The translations under genes were made by a program, and so were the position numbers. From Pseudomonadota bacterium (GTDB taxonomy: Bacteria; Bdellovibrionota; Bdellovibrionia; Bdellovibrionales; SG-bin7): a stretch of 33,035 nt of DNA. The stretch's first letter is position 1. Each line of letters starts with the position of its first letter. Below, piece after piece: positions 24,101 to 32,444 of this stretch. The DNA is taken from NCBI GenBank assembly GCA_034439715.1, contig JAWXAY010000064.1, positions 1 to 33,035 of the forward strand. The letters run 5' to 3'. The notes under the pieces are model-generated. The model was given only the letters and a program-made list of their open reading frames with translations. It ran no database searches and was not told the origin of the DNA.

Positions 24101-25223
24101 AAACTTTCATGAGATTCCAATTTTTAGTCGGCTTCTTAAGGTGTGAGGCATGAATTCCATAATTCATTTCTAAGTCCATTTGGTCATCTTCGAGAAACTG
24201 AATCCCATTCATAAGGTTAGCCTTATTTCTTTCTGCGTCCGCCTTCATTGCCGAATTAAAATCAAGGTCCTTTTTTTCAATACGTTTCTTTATCAATTGA
24301 CGAGCTAAAGAATAAAGCACGTGATCCTCACTTTTAATGGCAGCCAAGTATACCTGCCCGCTATGCAGTAGGTTCCGGTGGAGGGTCAGTGGCACTATAT
24401 TCTTCTTTAAAAACTCAATGACGAGAGGATGCTTTGATTCATTACAAATCAATTGAATGTCTGGCCATTGGTCAGAAGGTTTTTTGGACAGAAGTGACTC
24501 CATTAGATTTGCGATGGATTTTTTAAGGGGCACTTCGAGAATTTGATTTCTTATGGCACTCGCTTTTTTCTCGGAATGATAAATATTTTTGAAGTAAGCC
24601 CCGGCGATCAATGCTTGTGGTCCCGCTAAAATCCATCTCTGCTCCAGTTCTGCTTTAACCTCTGCTCGATCTATTCCACATGACAAAAAGAGTCTGGCGG
24701 CCGCGTCAATATATGATTGCTGACTCAAAGTTTGGTGATGAAAGTAAGCAAATTGGTGAAAATAATTAGAAAAACGTTCCCAATAAAATAAAAAACGCTC
24801 CCGTGCAGTAACCGAACCTTGTGCGCCCGGTTTTGCCCGCGCGTCTATCACTGAATTACCCTGGAGTATCAAATTTTTAAAGAGTTCACGCCCCTGATTC
24901 ACTGTATTCTTGTTTTGTGAAAACTGTGCCGCAAAAAATAAATCACAATTCGAACAATTTTCATCGACAGCCAGATTTTGCATTTCTTTAGCAACAAGCT
25001 CTTCAACTGGTTTAGTATTTATACCATCAAGAATAGCCAAAAAAAACTGACTATCCTGAAGATCTTTTTTATGGCTAGTTGGCTTTATAGCCATACGACG
25101 ATAATATTTAATAGCCTGCTTTAGCGTCGACCCTTGCCCCACTGGCGGCATCTGCGCCTCGCTACCCAAGGGCAGCGCCATCAGCCCCAGCAGCAGAAGA
25201 CAAACAATCTTTGTCTTGTCCAT
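21150..25223 (-). CDS. Large secreted protein: alpha-helical N-terminal region plus clan CD (caspase/legumain C13-like) peptidase domain
   Basis: Signal peptide ...LPLGSEA. FLVVNGG....SN strand, TVALGGHGS (His986) and TVVSSCFAG (Cys1025), each at the end of a hydrophobic strand. Confidence 0.75.
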   Translation of the reverse strand: MDKTKIVCLLLLGLMALPLGSEAQMPPVGQGSTLKQAIKYYRRMAIKPTSHKKDLQDSQFFLAILDGINTKPVEELVAKEMQNLAVDENCSNCDLFFAAQFSQNKNTVNQGRELFKNLILQGNSVIDARAKPGAQGSVTARERFLFYWERFSNYFHQFAYFHHQTLSQQSYIDAAARLFLSCGIDRAEVKAELEQRWILAGPQALIAGAYFKNIYHSEKKASAIRNQILEVPLKKSIANLMESLLSKKPSDQWPDIQLICNESKHPLVIEFLKKNIVPLTLHRNLLHSGQVYLAAIKSEDHVLYSLARQLIKKRIEKKDLDFNSAMKADAERNKANLMNGIQFLEDDQMDLEMNYGIHASHLKKPTKNWNLMKVYFESRSSEGRRMTRQQEKPESYEYFFYALLKRFSIFDVTLSVPLVVKLYFEAIRNFAPLMPQLESDAHSNVPRQRQIAEELLARLKGPKYLSDLRQRANREIHQMVLQKLKNLSTANFDQGEINFYVNAYTKENVGHKDMHKALKENLWRLEASTNYIDHHLLMTVYLLGPNELKEISLNILRKIAIKSTISNSEGYNQFILTILDLASSQFQLSQELSKKKEIISLVAKGFLPLEPVQKFFEICIPKSCRYPLEFYRDTFEQAYGKEKLKAILPKPTLNNAGLSEVWIDEMIKEYQRAFKESANGKALPLEAKARLRGFDQQLLKNSDEPQVVKFVKRVLPIVTLYPDQWNYRILWLVAAGNEDNSVRELAKHLMRERVVGHDYRFNRGLGKNLKTTEARYSFYFSELGAAALTLASDDSLNDLVQELILNLGLDLKYLRPALEDVLRFNGSENQYKIALKTFFKGFDKNQLSSIFEKSSGNPIDFETKFLVVNGGYSEASNFESNEIFLRSFYYGLFQTKAKVLNAGGPYSKSIALNESSQPLVNDKDFSFVYRDPMTLPDLDESRGFPFRPLSKGQTPYIAATLKNFRQALHDISQENPKRLTVALGGHGSPAGFALWGKSLLDQLTLNDFYRELFEDTMVRTVVSSCFAGSVLASPSRLIPASLWEFNKKYVGHQYPLNKCGLASVNHFQLQYVVNTDMKSDLWFRLFEQVPRPSLEIMRNILYPEGENIPMVTSDYFLEDLRKTFCNEHSFIAKSKSHYGENRETWPKLIKGKFEKSLVVKTNNVDWDTVAANVCSSEVAQKIDSFLARGEEFARLASEISLHERMWTDELIKLEYPEVYKAAEKYRQSNFPEWPQGWEANFFYAPFEVLFRKGWHHTQSQEFYEKRTQEYVQANSKKLKSYWDWLEKNKIQTPYNLSVLESWRRERLAALVLENKALYRQFNLALPELLKPILDNNLFLHTKNIYDSLKKCEASSLN

Positions 25224-25229
25224 TTTTAT

Positions 25230-25712
25230 TTAGCTTCTAATTAAATCGTTAAAAAATGTCTCTTGGTATTTTTCTGAGCCAAGAATTTCCTTTAACAATT
25301 GCTTGAGTTTTTCACTGTCTTTTTTTTCAGCGACTAGAACTTGTGCCAGCAATTCACTTTCGTTAGACTCGAGATCCTCATTCATACTGTCAATCTCTGG
25401 CTTTTCGCTGCTTGCTAATTCAGATATTCTTGTATTCAGCGTCACAAAAAGGTCATTCCAAAGGTCAATTACTTCGGCCTTTTGGTCGACGGTTTTACTA
25501 TATGACCGTCTTAACAGAGCCAGCACTTCACCTTGAATGTCAGTCAGACTAAACTGAGCTTTTAATTGATTTATTTGAGCTACCAACTCGTAGGAGCGGC
25601 CCGCAAAACCATTTTCTATTCTTAAATCTTTGGGAGTTAGCGGGGGTTGATCTGCGAACAAAACTGAACTGTTAAAAAAAACCATTAAAAAGGCTACAAA
25701 AAGTTGTTTCAT
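25230..25712 (-). CDS. Small secreted acidic helical / coiled-coil protein
   Basis: SD GGAGG and signal peptide MKQLFVAFLMVFFNSSVLFA. Ends 6 bp upstream of the 1357-aa gene. Confidence 0.8.
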   Translation of the reverse strand: MKQLFVAFLMVFFNSSVLFADQPPLTPKDLRIENGFAGRSYELVAQINQLKAQFSLTDIQGEVLALLRRSYSKTVDQKAEVIDLWNDLFVTLNTRISELASSEKPEIDSMNEDLESNESELLAQVLVAEKKDSEKLKQLLKEILGSEKYQETFFNDLIRS

Positions 25713-25740
25713 ATTTAGTTCCTCCGAATTGTTATTTCGG

Positions 25741-25756
25741 TGCAGTTAATATGCCA
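25741..25756 (-). promoter_or_regulatory. Sigma54 (RpoN) -24/-12 promoter
   Basis: Minus strand reads TGGCATATTAACTGCA (GG-N10-GC), 28 bp upstream of ATG 25712. Confidence 0.72.
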
Positions 25757-25973
25757 ATAGACCCACTGGCGTAAGTCTTTGTATATTTGTACATTAGGTC
25801 AAATAGGTTAGATTTTTGACGTATATTGGCTGCAAAAGCCTTAAATTTGTCGTTTGAAATTCGTAAAATGGCGAGTGGGGCCCTCTTTTCTGAGCCGTTG
25901 CCAACGATAAGAAAAAAATAAACTTTTGAGGCAAAATATTAATCCTCTAGATATATTCTACCGATAGATCGGC

Positions 25974-27095
25974 ATGGACCATATTGCCGAGAAACTGTCT
26001 TATAAAGAGAAAGTTCGGGACACTTACAAAAAGTATGAGCGCTACCGCGATCCCGGCATTTTCGTAGCTGGTTTTGTGTTTGATTTGTTTACGGTAAGTC
26101 GCATAGACGACCTCCTTAGCATCCTCCAGCAGGCAGCTTATCTATTTATTATTTCTATCATGATTAGCCTCGAAATTTATGATCAATACAACCCCTTCAA
26201 CTGGCGACCTAAAATACAAAAGGTTTGGAGCTACAGAAATTTCATAATGCACTTTTTTTTCGGTAGTCTCTTGAGCGCCTACGCCATTTTTTATTTTAAA
26301 AGCGCCTCTCTGGTTACGTCTTTTGCCTTTCTTGGCTTTATGGTTACCCTTTTGGTAGCCAATGAGTTTAGTCGTGTGCAAAGTTCGGGCCCCCTAATGC
26401 GCATGGGACTCCTTAGTCTTTGCCTTGTTTCGTACTTTGGTTATTTGGTACCAATCATTTTTGGCCACACTGGGCCCATTCCCTTTATTTTAGCTCAGTC
26501 ATTGACGATTGCATATCATGCTGGGATTTTCTTTTATTTAAAGAAGAAACTCGGGCCCCATGTTACTTCGTTTAAACCCTTGGCTCAGGTTGTACTCCTG
26601 CCCTGTCTGTTAGTGCAGGGGATTTTTCTCGGCCTCTACATGACGTCACTCATCCCACCAGTGCCACTCTCGGCTCAGTACATGGGAATCTACCACAGTG
26701 TGCAAAAAGACAATGACCAGTATGAACTGGGCTACACTCGATCTTTTTGGAAATTTTGGCAAAACGGGGATCAGACTTTTGCCTCTCGTCCGGGTGATAA
26801 GATCGTATTATTTACCCGCCTTTTTTCTCCCGCCCGCTTTAAAGAAGACATCAATATTCGTTGGCAATTCAAAAATGTAAAGGGAAATTGGGAAACCCAT
26901 GATGTCATTCCTTTAAAAATTTCAGGTGGTCGTGACGAAGGCTTTCGGGGTTACGCTTACAAAGGAAATTACAGCCTTGGTTCGTGGCGAGTACAATTGG
27001 AAACTCAGGATAAACGAGAAATCAGTCGTGTTTATTTTGATGTAATCGAAGACACCTCATTAGAAGAACGTGACTTTAGATTTGATGTTCAGTAA
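25974..27095 (+). CDS. DUF2914-domain integral membrane protein
   Basis: About 7 TM segments, then IPPVPLS and a soluble C-terminal domain with ISGGRDEGFRGYAYK and GSWRVQLETQDKREI. Confidence 0.8.
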   Translation: MDHIAEKLSYKEKVRDTYKKYERYRDPGIFVAGFVFDLFTVSRIDDLLSILQQAAYLFIISIMISLEIYDQYNPFNWRPKIQKVWSYRNFIMHFFFGSLLSAYAIFYFKSASLVTSFAFLGFMVTLLVANEFSRVQSSGPLMRMGLLSLCLVSYFGYLVPIIFGHTGPIPFILAQSLTIAYHAGIFFYLKKKLGPHVTSFKPLAQVVLLPCLLVQGIFLGLYMTSLIPPVPLSAQYMGIYHSVQKDNDQYELGYTRSFWKFWQNGDQTFASRPGDKIVLFTRLFSPARFKEDINIRWQFKNVKGNWETHDVIPLKISGGRDEGFRGYAYKGNYSLGSWRVQLETQDKREISRVYFDVIEDTSLEERDFRFDVQ

Positions 27096-27118
27096 GTTTA
27101 AAAGTCTGGAGGTACCTT

Positions 27119-27514
27119 ATGTCGTGGATGGAGTCCTTTTCACTCGCTTTTACAGCTGGCGCTTTCGGTGGTTTGGCAAATGGTCTTGCCGTTTGGTTTT
27201 TTGGAATTAGCGGGATTAATAAATCTCTTGGAGTAGATATTGCCCCTAAACTTACTCCCGCTCTCATTTATTCCAAAGTCGCATGGGGCGGTATTTGGGG
27301 TCTAATGTTTTTAATTGGTTTTTCTGAAACGTCTTTATTATGTAAGGCAGTGGCCATTAGCATCGCTCCCACTTTGGTGCAATTATTCTATGTATTTCCC
27401 AAGGCTGAAAAAGGGACTGCCGGCTTAAAATTAGGTAAGCTAACGCCGGTAATGGTTGTCTTTTTTAATCTCGTCTGGGCCATTGCTACCGCAGTTTGGA
27501 TTCGCTTTAGTTAA
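27119..27514 (+). CDS. Small 4-TM membrane protein, function unknown
   Basis: SD GGAGG and Gly-rich TM segments (AGAFGGLANGL, VAWGGIWGL). Confidence 0.8.
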   Translation: MSWMESFSLAFTAGAFGGLANGLAVWFFGISGINKSLGVDIAPKLTPALIYSKVAWGGIWGLMFLIGFSETSLLCKAVAISIAPTLVQLFYVFPKAEKGTAGLKLGKLTPVMVVFFNLVWAIATAVWIRFS

Positions 27515-28260
27515 AGCTCAGGAGCCATTAATTTTTCGAGATAAGATGGCTTAGTCGCTAGATTCGGATAGGCATCATCACTGCGAATAAACTCAATAAA
27601 AAAATGTGACCTAGGTGCCAATTGCCAGTGTTGCACATCGCGTTTCCCAGTCATAAAAAAATCGTGGGTTAAATGATCAATGACCTCAATGCTTCGCAGT
27701 TTAAATTTTGTAGCAAACACTTTAATTAGCTCTTCAACTGTAACTGTATTTGAAAATCTCTCTTTAACCTTAATAAAATCTATCTTAGCCATTATCGAGT
27801 ACAGGTCATGGTAAGAGCACCAGTAGCGGTCTTTAATGAGTTCCCGCAACTGGGCTTTCCATTTAGTAAATTCTTTCTCATTCCAGCCTTGCCTTCTCCA
27901 ATCAATAAATACCTGACCCAAAACATTACAAAAAACCAGATCAGCATCGGGATAATCTTTGAGAACCAGGGGTAACCTACGAAAAAGGTCATCTTTAAAA
28001 ATATTTGATTTTACTTGGCCAAATTTTTTCTTAAAAAGGTAAGCGCCGAGAGAGTCTTTTTCAATGACAATCACTCGATCGTATCGATAAACAAATTCTG
28101 GAGGTAGAGAATAGCCTGCGCTAGGACCGACGAGTATCAGGTCCAGGCTCTTTTGCTCCCACTGATTTAGCCAGGTGCCGACTTCATTGAGAAAGGGTTG
28201 CCACAGTCTGCGTCGATACTTCCAGGCTAGATAATGATAAAAAAATCCGCCGCTAGTCAT
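27511..28260 (-). CDS. Hypothetical protein, possible SAM-dependent methyltransferase-like Rossmann fold
   Basis: LILVGPSAG Gly-rich loop, VIVIEKD acidic strand end, and LVFCNVLGQ. Confidence 0.55.
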   Translation of the reverse strand: MTSGGFFYHYLAWKYRRRLWQPFLNEVGTWLNQWEQKSLDLILVGPSAGYSLPPEFVYRYDRVIVIEKDSLGAYLFKKKFGQVKSNIFKDDLFRRLPLVLKDYPDADLVFCNVLGQVFIDWRRQGWNEKEFTKWKAQLRELIKDRYWCSYHDLYSIMAKIDFIKVKERFSNTVTVEELIKVFATKFKLRSIEVIDHLTHDFFMTGKRDVQHWQLAPRSHFFIEFIRSDDAYPNLATKPSYLEKLMAPEL

Positions 28261-28363
28261 GCTTCATTGTCCCAGATCTGAATGAAATTACCAATCATAC
28301 TAAAGTCTAATTGAGCGTTTTATAGCAAGACTTTCATCGAAGCCGTCAGTTATGATTTAGGGA

Positions 28364-29431
28364 ATGGATATAATTAACACTTCCTACGCCACTAAATCGG
28401 GAATGCCGCCAGGGTCGCTGATTTATGTCGGTGACGAGGCCCCCCAGTTTACGCCGTATTTAAAAATCATTGAGTACAGTTCTACCGAATTCAACGAATC
28501 GGTCATTAAAGATTTAAATACTACTCCAGTGTTCTCTAACCGAAACAATATTATTTGGATTTCCGTCATTGGAATTCACAACACTGACGTTATAAAAAAA
28601 ATCGGTCAAGATTTTGACTTACACCCACTCATGACTGAAGATATTTTAAACACTCAACACTTTCCTAAAATTGAAGAGTTTGAAGACTGTTTTTTCGCAA
28701 TATTAAAACCGCTGTTTGCCAATCATATAACAGGCATGGTGCAGAATCACCATGTTGCTATGGTGCTTAAGAATAATATTGTTATTTCATTTCATGAATA
28801 CGAAAAAGACATTTTTGAGCCAGTTCGTGACCGCCTAAAAAAATCTCGGGGCGCAATTCGAAAGGAAGGCTCTGGGTACCTATTCTATTGCTTGCTCGAC
28901 ACTGTCATAGATGGTTTTTTTGGTGCTGTCGAATTTGTCGAAGAGAAAATTGAACAGGTAGAAGAAAACCTATCTGACGGAGTGGAGGCCGGCATTGGTC
29001 ATGAGATAAATCAAATTACTCGAAATCTCATTTTTTTAAGAAAACACATCAATCCTCTAAAAGATCCCATCAAGGGTCTACAGAACAAAGAACTCGGAAC
29101 GATGAACGAAGAAAATGAAGCCTACCTACGCGATCTACACGACCATATTCTCAATGCGTTGAATCTTTTGGGTACCTATCGTGAACATATGACGGCCGTT
29201 CATAATCGCTATATGGCCTCGTTAACGATCAAGGCAAATGAAGTTATGAAAACGCTCACAGTGTTCGCAGCAGTTTTTATTCCACTCACATTTTTCTCTA
29301 GTATTTACGGCATGAATTTTAAGTATATGCCGGAACTGGAGTGGAAGTGGGGTTACCCGACATTTATGCTGGCCTGTCTTTTGTTAGTCCTTGGTATGTT
29401 CATCTATTTTCGGCGTAGAAGATTTTGGTAA
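28364..29431 (+). CDS. corA: Magnesium/cobalt transporter CorA
   Basis: GMPPGSLIYVG N-terminus, LHPLMTEDIL, NEVMKTLT, signature YGMNF..MPEL, and two C-terminal TMs. Confidence 0.97.
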   Translation: MDIINTSYATKSGMPPGSLIYVGDEAPQFTPYLKIIEYSSTEFNESVIKDLNTTPVFSNRNNIIWISVIGIHNTDVIKKIGQDFDLHPLMTEDILNTQHFPKIEEFEDCFFAILKPLFANHITGMVQNHHVAMVLKNNIVISFHEYEKDIFEPVRDRLKKSRGAIRKEGSGYLFYCLLDTVIDGFFGAVEFVEEKIEQVEENLSDGVEAGIGHEINQITRNLIFLRKHINPLKDPIKGLQNKELGTMNEENEAYLRDLHDHILNALNLLGTYREHMTAVHNRYMASLTIKANEVMKTLTVFAAVFIPLTFFSSIYGMNFKYMPELEWKWGYPTFMLACLLLVLGMFIYFRRRRFW

Positions 29432-29515
29432 GTAAATACTCGACCTAAGTTGGGTCCTGCTTTCTCATGTTTAACCGCACTTTCTGTCTTTTTTCTGTGG
29501 CTTTCTTATCTCGAA

Positions 29516-29523
29516 GCCGATAT
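29516..29523 (+). promoter_or_regulatory. Possible sigma28 (FliA) -10 element upstream of the cheY-like gene
   Basis: GCCGATAT (7/8 match to GCCGATAA) 20 bp before the start codon. No TAAA -35 at the canonical spacing. Confidence 0.35.
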
Positions 29524-29543
29524 TTTATTATAAGGGGAACTAA

Positions 29544-29960
29544 TTGGATACCAAGATTAAATTTTTAATCGTCGATGATTTGCAAAGTATGCGCTGGATT
29601 ATTATTAAGCGCCTAAAAGAAATTGGATTCACCAGTTTTTTGGAAGCCAATGACGGCGACGTGGCTCTTGAAACCTTGCGCAAAAGAGTCAAAGAAGAGA
29701 ACCCCTTAGAATTTATAATCTCAGATTGGAATATGCCCAATATGAAGGGTATCGATCTGTTAAAAGAAGTACGTAAAGATGCTGCGCTCAAGGAACTGCC
29801 GTTCTTAATGGTGACAGCTGAAGCTGATCAAGAGCAAATGCAAGAAGCTCTCGATGCCGGCGCAGACGCCTATGCCTTTAAACCATTTACTCCCAAAGAA
29901 TTAAAAGACAAACTCATGACAGTTTTACAGAAACGGAATCCAAAGGCCGTCGAACTATAG
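29544..29960 (+). CDS. cheY: CheY-like single-domain response regulator
   Basis: FLIVDD, ISDWNMPNMKG (phospho-Asp), LPFLMVTAE and KPFT. TTG start with SD AAGGGG. Confidence 0.85.
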   Translation: MDTKIKFLIVDDLQSMRWIIIKRLKEIGFTSFLEANDGDVALETLRKRVKEENPLEFIISDWNMPNMKGIDLLKEVRKDAALKELPFLMVTAEADQEQMQEALDAGADAYAFKPFTPKELKDKLMTVLQKRNPKAVEL

Positions 29961-29961
29961 G

Positions 29962-32355
29962 TCACAAGGCCGAAACCCCAAATTCTTTTTCCGCGGCGGC
30001 AATAATAAGGCGAGTTTTTAGAGCCACATCGGGATTCAGCGACATACTGTCAATTCCTAACTTTACTAAGAGTCTTGCAAATTCCGGATAATCGCTGGGC
30101 GCCTGACCACATATTCCGACTTTTTTACCTTTGGCTTTGGCCTCTCGAATGACCATCTCGATTAGCCGCGTGACCGCAGGATTTCGCTCGTCAAACAGAG
30201 GAGCCACGATTTCAGAGTCGCGATCCACGCCCAGAGCCAACTGAGTCAAATCATTAGAGCCTATTGAGAAGCCATCAAAAATCTCGGCAAATTCTTGTGC
30301 ACAAATAACATTACTCGGCAGTTCACACATCACGTAGATCTCTAGCCCGTCTTTACCACGTTCTAGTCCATGCATTTTCATTTCCTCTAAAACTCGCTTA
30401 CCTTCTTCTACTGTGCGACAAAAAGGAATCATCAGCTTCAAATTCTTTAAGCCCATTTCTTGGATTACTTTTCTCATGGCCTGACATTCTAGGGCAAAGC
30501 CATCTCGGTATTTTTCGTGATAGTAACGAGAGGCACCTCTAAAACCGATCATTGGATTTTCTTCTTTAGGTTCGAAGTCTCGACCACCCACAAGATTGGC
30601 GTATTCGTTTGTCTTAAAATCGCTCATCCGAACGATTACATCTTTAGGGTAAAACGCCGCGGCAATCATGCCCACAGCCTGAGAAAGCTTTTCAACAAAA
30701 TAAAGTGCCTTATTGGCATAGCCGGCCGTCAGTTTAGTAATTTGCCCTTTCACGCGGGGATCACGTAAATTATCAAAGTGAAGAAGTGCCAAAGGATGAA
30801 CTTTAATAAACTGATTAATAATAAATTCCATACGTGCCAGTCCCACGCCGTCATTGGGAATCAGAGACAATCTAAAACATTCATCAGGATTCGCTACATT
30901 CATCATAAGTTTCGTTTTTGTTTTAGGCAGATTTAAGAGTTCTGTTTGTTCAGATTTAAATTTTAATTTCCCCTCGTATACATAACCGACCTCGCCTTGC
31001 GCACACGAAATTGTAACATACTGACCGTTTTTCAAAACATCTGTCGCCTCGCCACATCCCACTACGGCGGGAATCCCTAGCTCGCGACTAATAATTGCGG
31101 CATGACAAGTTCGACCACCACGATTGGTGATGATGGCCGACGTTCTTTTCATTCCGGGTTCCCAATCGGGATCCGTCTTGTCAGTCACTAAAACTTCGCC
31201 GTCCTGCAGTTGATGAAGGTCCGCTGAATTGTTAATAACTCTGACTCTACCTTGCGCAATTTTTTCGCCCACACTGCGCCCTTTGATAATGACGTCACCC
31301 TGTTCGACTAAAGCGTAGGTGTTTAGTACGTCAACTCTTTGGCGCGAATGAATTGTCTCGGGCCGCGCCTGTAAAAGCATAAGCTGGCCAGTGATTCCAT
31401 CTTTCGCCCACTCCATGTCCATCGGAACATAGCGACCATGCTTCTCACTAAAGTAGTCTTCGACAATACAAGCCCAACGCGCGAGCTCAAGCGCGTCTTC
31501 GTCACTAATTGCAAAACGTTTACGATCTTCAGGTGGCACCGGCACGTTTTTAACGAGTTTCTCACCACCGACATCATAGATTAGTTTGATTTCTTTACTA
31601 CCCAGTTCTTTTTTTAATATGGGTTTAAACCCCTCTCTCAGAGTCGGCTTGAATACATATATTTCGTCGGGGTTGACCGCGCCCTGAACAATATTTTCAC
31701 CCAGTCCATAAGACGAATTAATGAGTACGGCATTTTGAAATCCCGATTCCGTATCGATAGAGAACATGACGCCCGAAACCGCGAGATCGGAGCGCACCAT
31801 TTTTTGAACGGCGACCGAAAGACTAACATCTAAGTGATTTATTTTTCGATGAGTGCGGTAAGAAATTGCCCGATCGGTAAATAAAGAGGCAAAACACTTT
31901 CGCACGCTCTCTAATAATACCCGGTCATCGTGTACGTTAAGATAAGTTTCTTGTTGGCCAGCAAAACTGGCATCAGGAAGATCTTCGGCCGTAGCGCTAC
32001 TTCTCACAGCGACATCACAACGCCCCATTTTTTCATATGCCTTCCAAATTGCCTCACGCATTTCTGGCGAAAAACCACCGCCTATAACGGCCATTCGTAA
32101 TTCTCGCCCGCGCTTTCTTAAATCATCGACATTGTTTACGTCAAGCCCACTGAGAATCTCTTTTAAAGCGGCGTCGAGCTTATTGTCCTTTAGAAATTGG
32201 CGATAGGCTTCCGATGTTATAGCAAAACCATTTGGGATGCGAACACCCTTTGGAGTAAGGGCGCGGTACATTTCGCCGAGCGCAGCGGTTTTTCCGCCCA
32301 CATGGGGTAAATCCTCTAGTCTGATTTCTTCAAACCATTTTATCCAAGGAGCCAT
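29962..32355 (-). CDS. ppsA: Phosphoenolpyruvate synthase (pyruvate, water dikinase)
   Basis: VAVRSSATAEDLPDASFAGQQETYLN, GGRTCHAAIISRE (phospho-His), DGFSIGSNDLTQ and GICGQAPSD. Start ATG 32355 or TTG 32361. Confidence 0.97.
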   Translation of the reverse strand: MAPWIKWFEEIRLEDLPHVGGKTAALGEMYRALTPKGVRIPNGFAITSEAYRQFLKDNKLDAALKEILSGLDVNNVDDLRKRGRELRMAVIGGGFSPEMREAIWKAYEKMGRCDVAVRSSATAEDLPDASFAGQQETYLNVHDDRVLLESVRKCFASLFTDRAISYRTHRKINHLDVSLSVAVQKMVRSDLAVSGVMFSIDTESGFQNAVLINSSYGLGENIVQGAVNPDEIYVFKPTLREGFKPILKKELGSKEIKLIYDVGGEKLVKNVPVPPEDRKRFAISDEDALELARWACIVEDYFSEKHGRYVPMDMEWAKDGITGQLMLLQARPETIHSRQRVDVLNTYALVEQGDVIIKGRSVGEKIAQGRVRVINNSADLHQLQDGEVLVTDKTDPDWEPGMKRTSAIITNRGGRTCHAAIISRELGIPAVVGCGEATDVLKNGQYVTISCAQGEVGYVYEGKLKFKSEQTELLNLPKTKTKLMMNVANPDECFRLSLIPNDGVGLARMEFIINQFIKVHPLALLHFDNLRDPRVKGQITKLTAGYANKALYFVEKLSQAVGMIAAAFYPKDVIVRMSDFKTNEYANLVGGRDFEPKEENPMIGFRGASRYYHEKYRDGFALECQAMRKVIQEMGLKNLKLMIPFCRTVEEGKRVLEEMKMHGLERGKDGLEIYVMCELPSNVICAQEFAEIFDGFSIGSNDLTQLALGVDRDSEIVAPLFDERNPAVTRLIEMVIREAKAKGKKVGICGQAPSDYPEFARLLVKLGIDSMSLNPDVALKTRLIIAAAEKEFGVSAL

Positions 32356-32444
32356 GAGCAATGATTTCTCAATTAAAGGGCGTTTTCAAGCTCAATTCCC
32401 TGATTGACATAGCCTTGGCACGACATGGTATTTAAGTATTTCAT

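Noticed and set aside
25960..25967. Sigma28-like -10 (ACCGATAG) just upstream of the DUF2914 gene
   Set aside because: Only a 6/8 match, with no properly spaced -35.
951..31829. Numerous 60-122 aa ORFs in the track nested in or antisense to longer genes (e.g. 951-1169, 2971-3231, 9701-10030, 15967-16335, 21293-21619, 29540-29791, 31323-31577)
   Set aside because: They are shadow ORFs of well-supported genes, with no recognisable motifs or convincing independent starts.
32404..32434. Sigma70 (TTGACA...TATTTA) or sigma54 (TGGCACG...) promoter before the nucleosidase gene
   Set aside because: The perfect -35 has a 19-bp spacer and a weak -10, and TGGCACG has no GC at -12. Too ambiguous to call.
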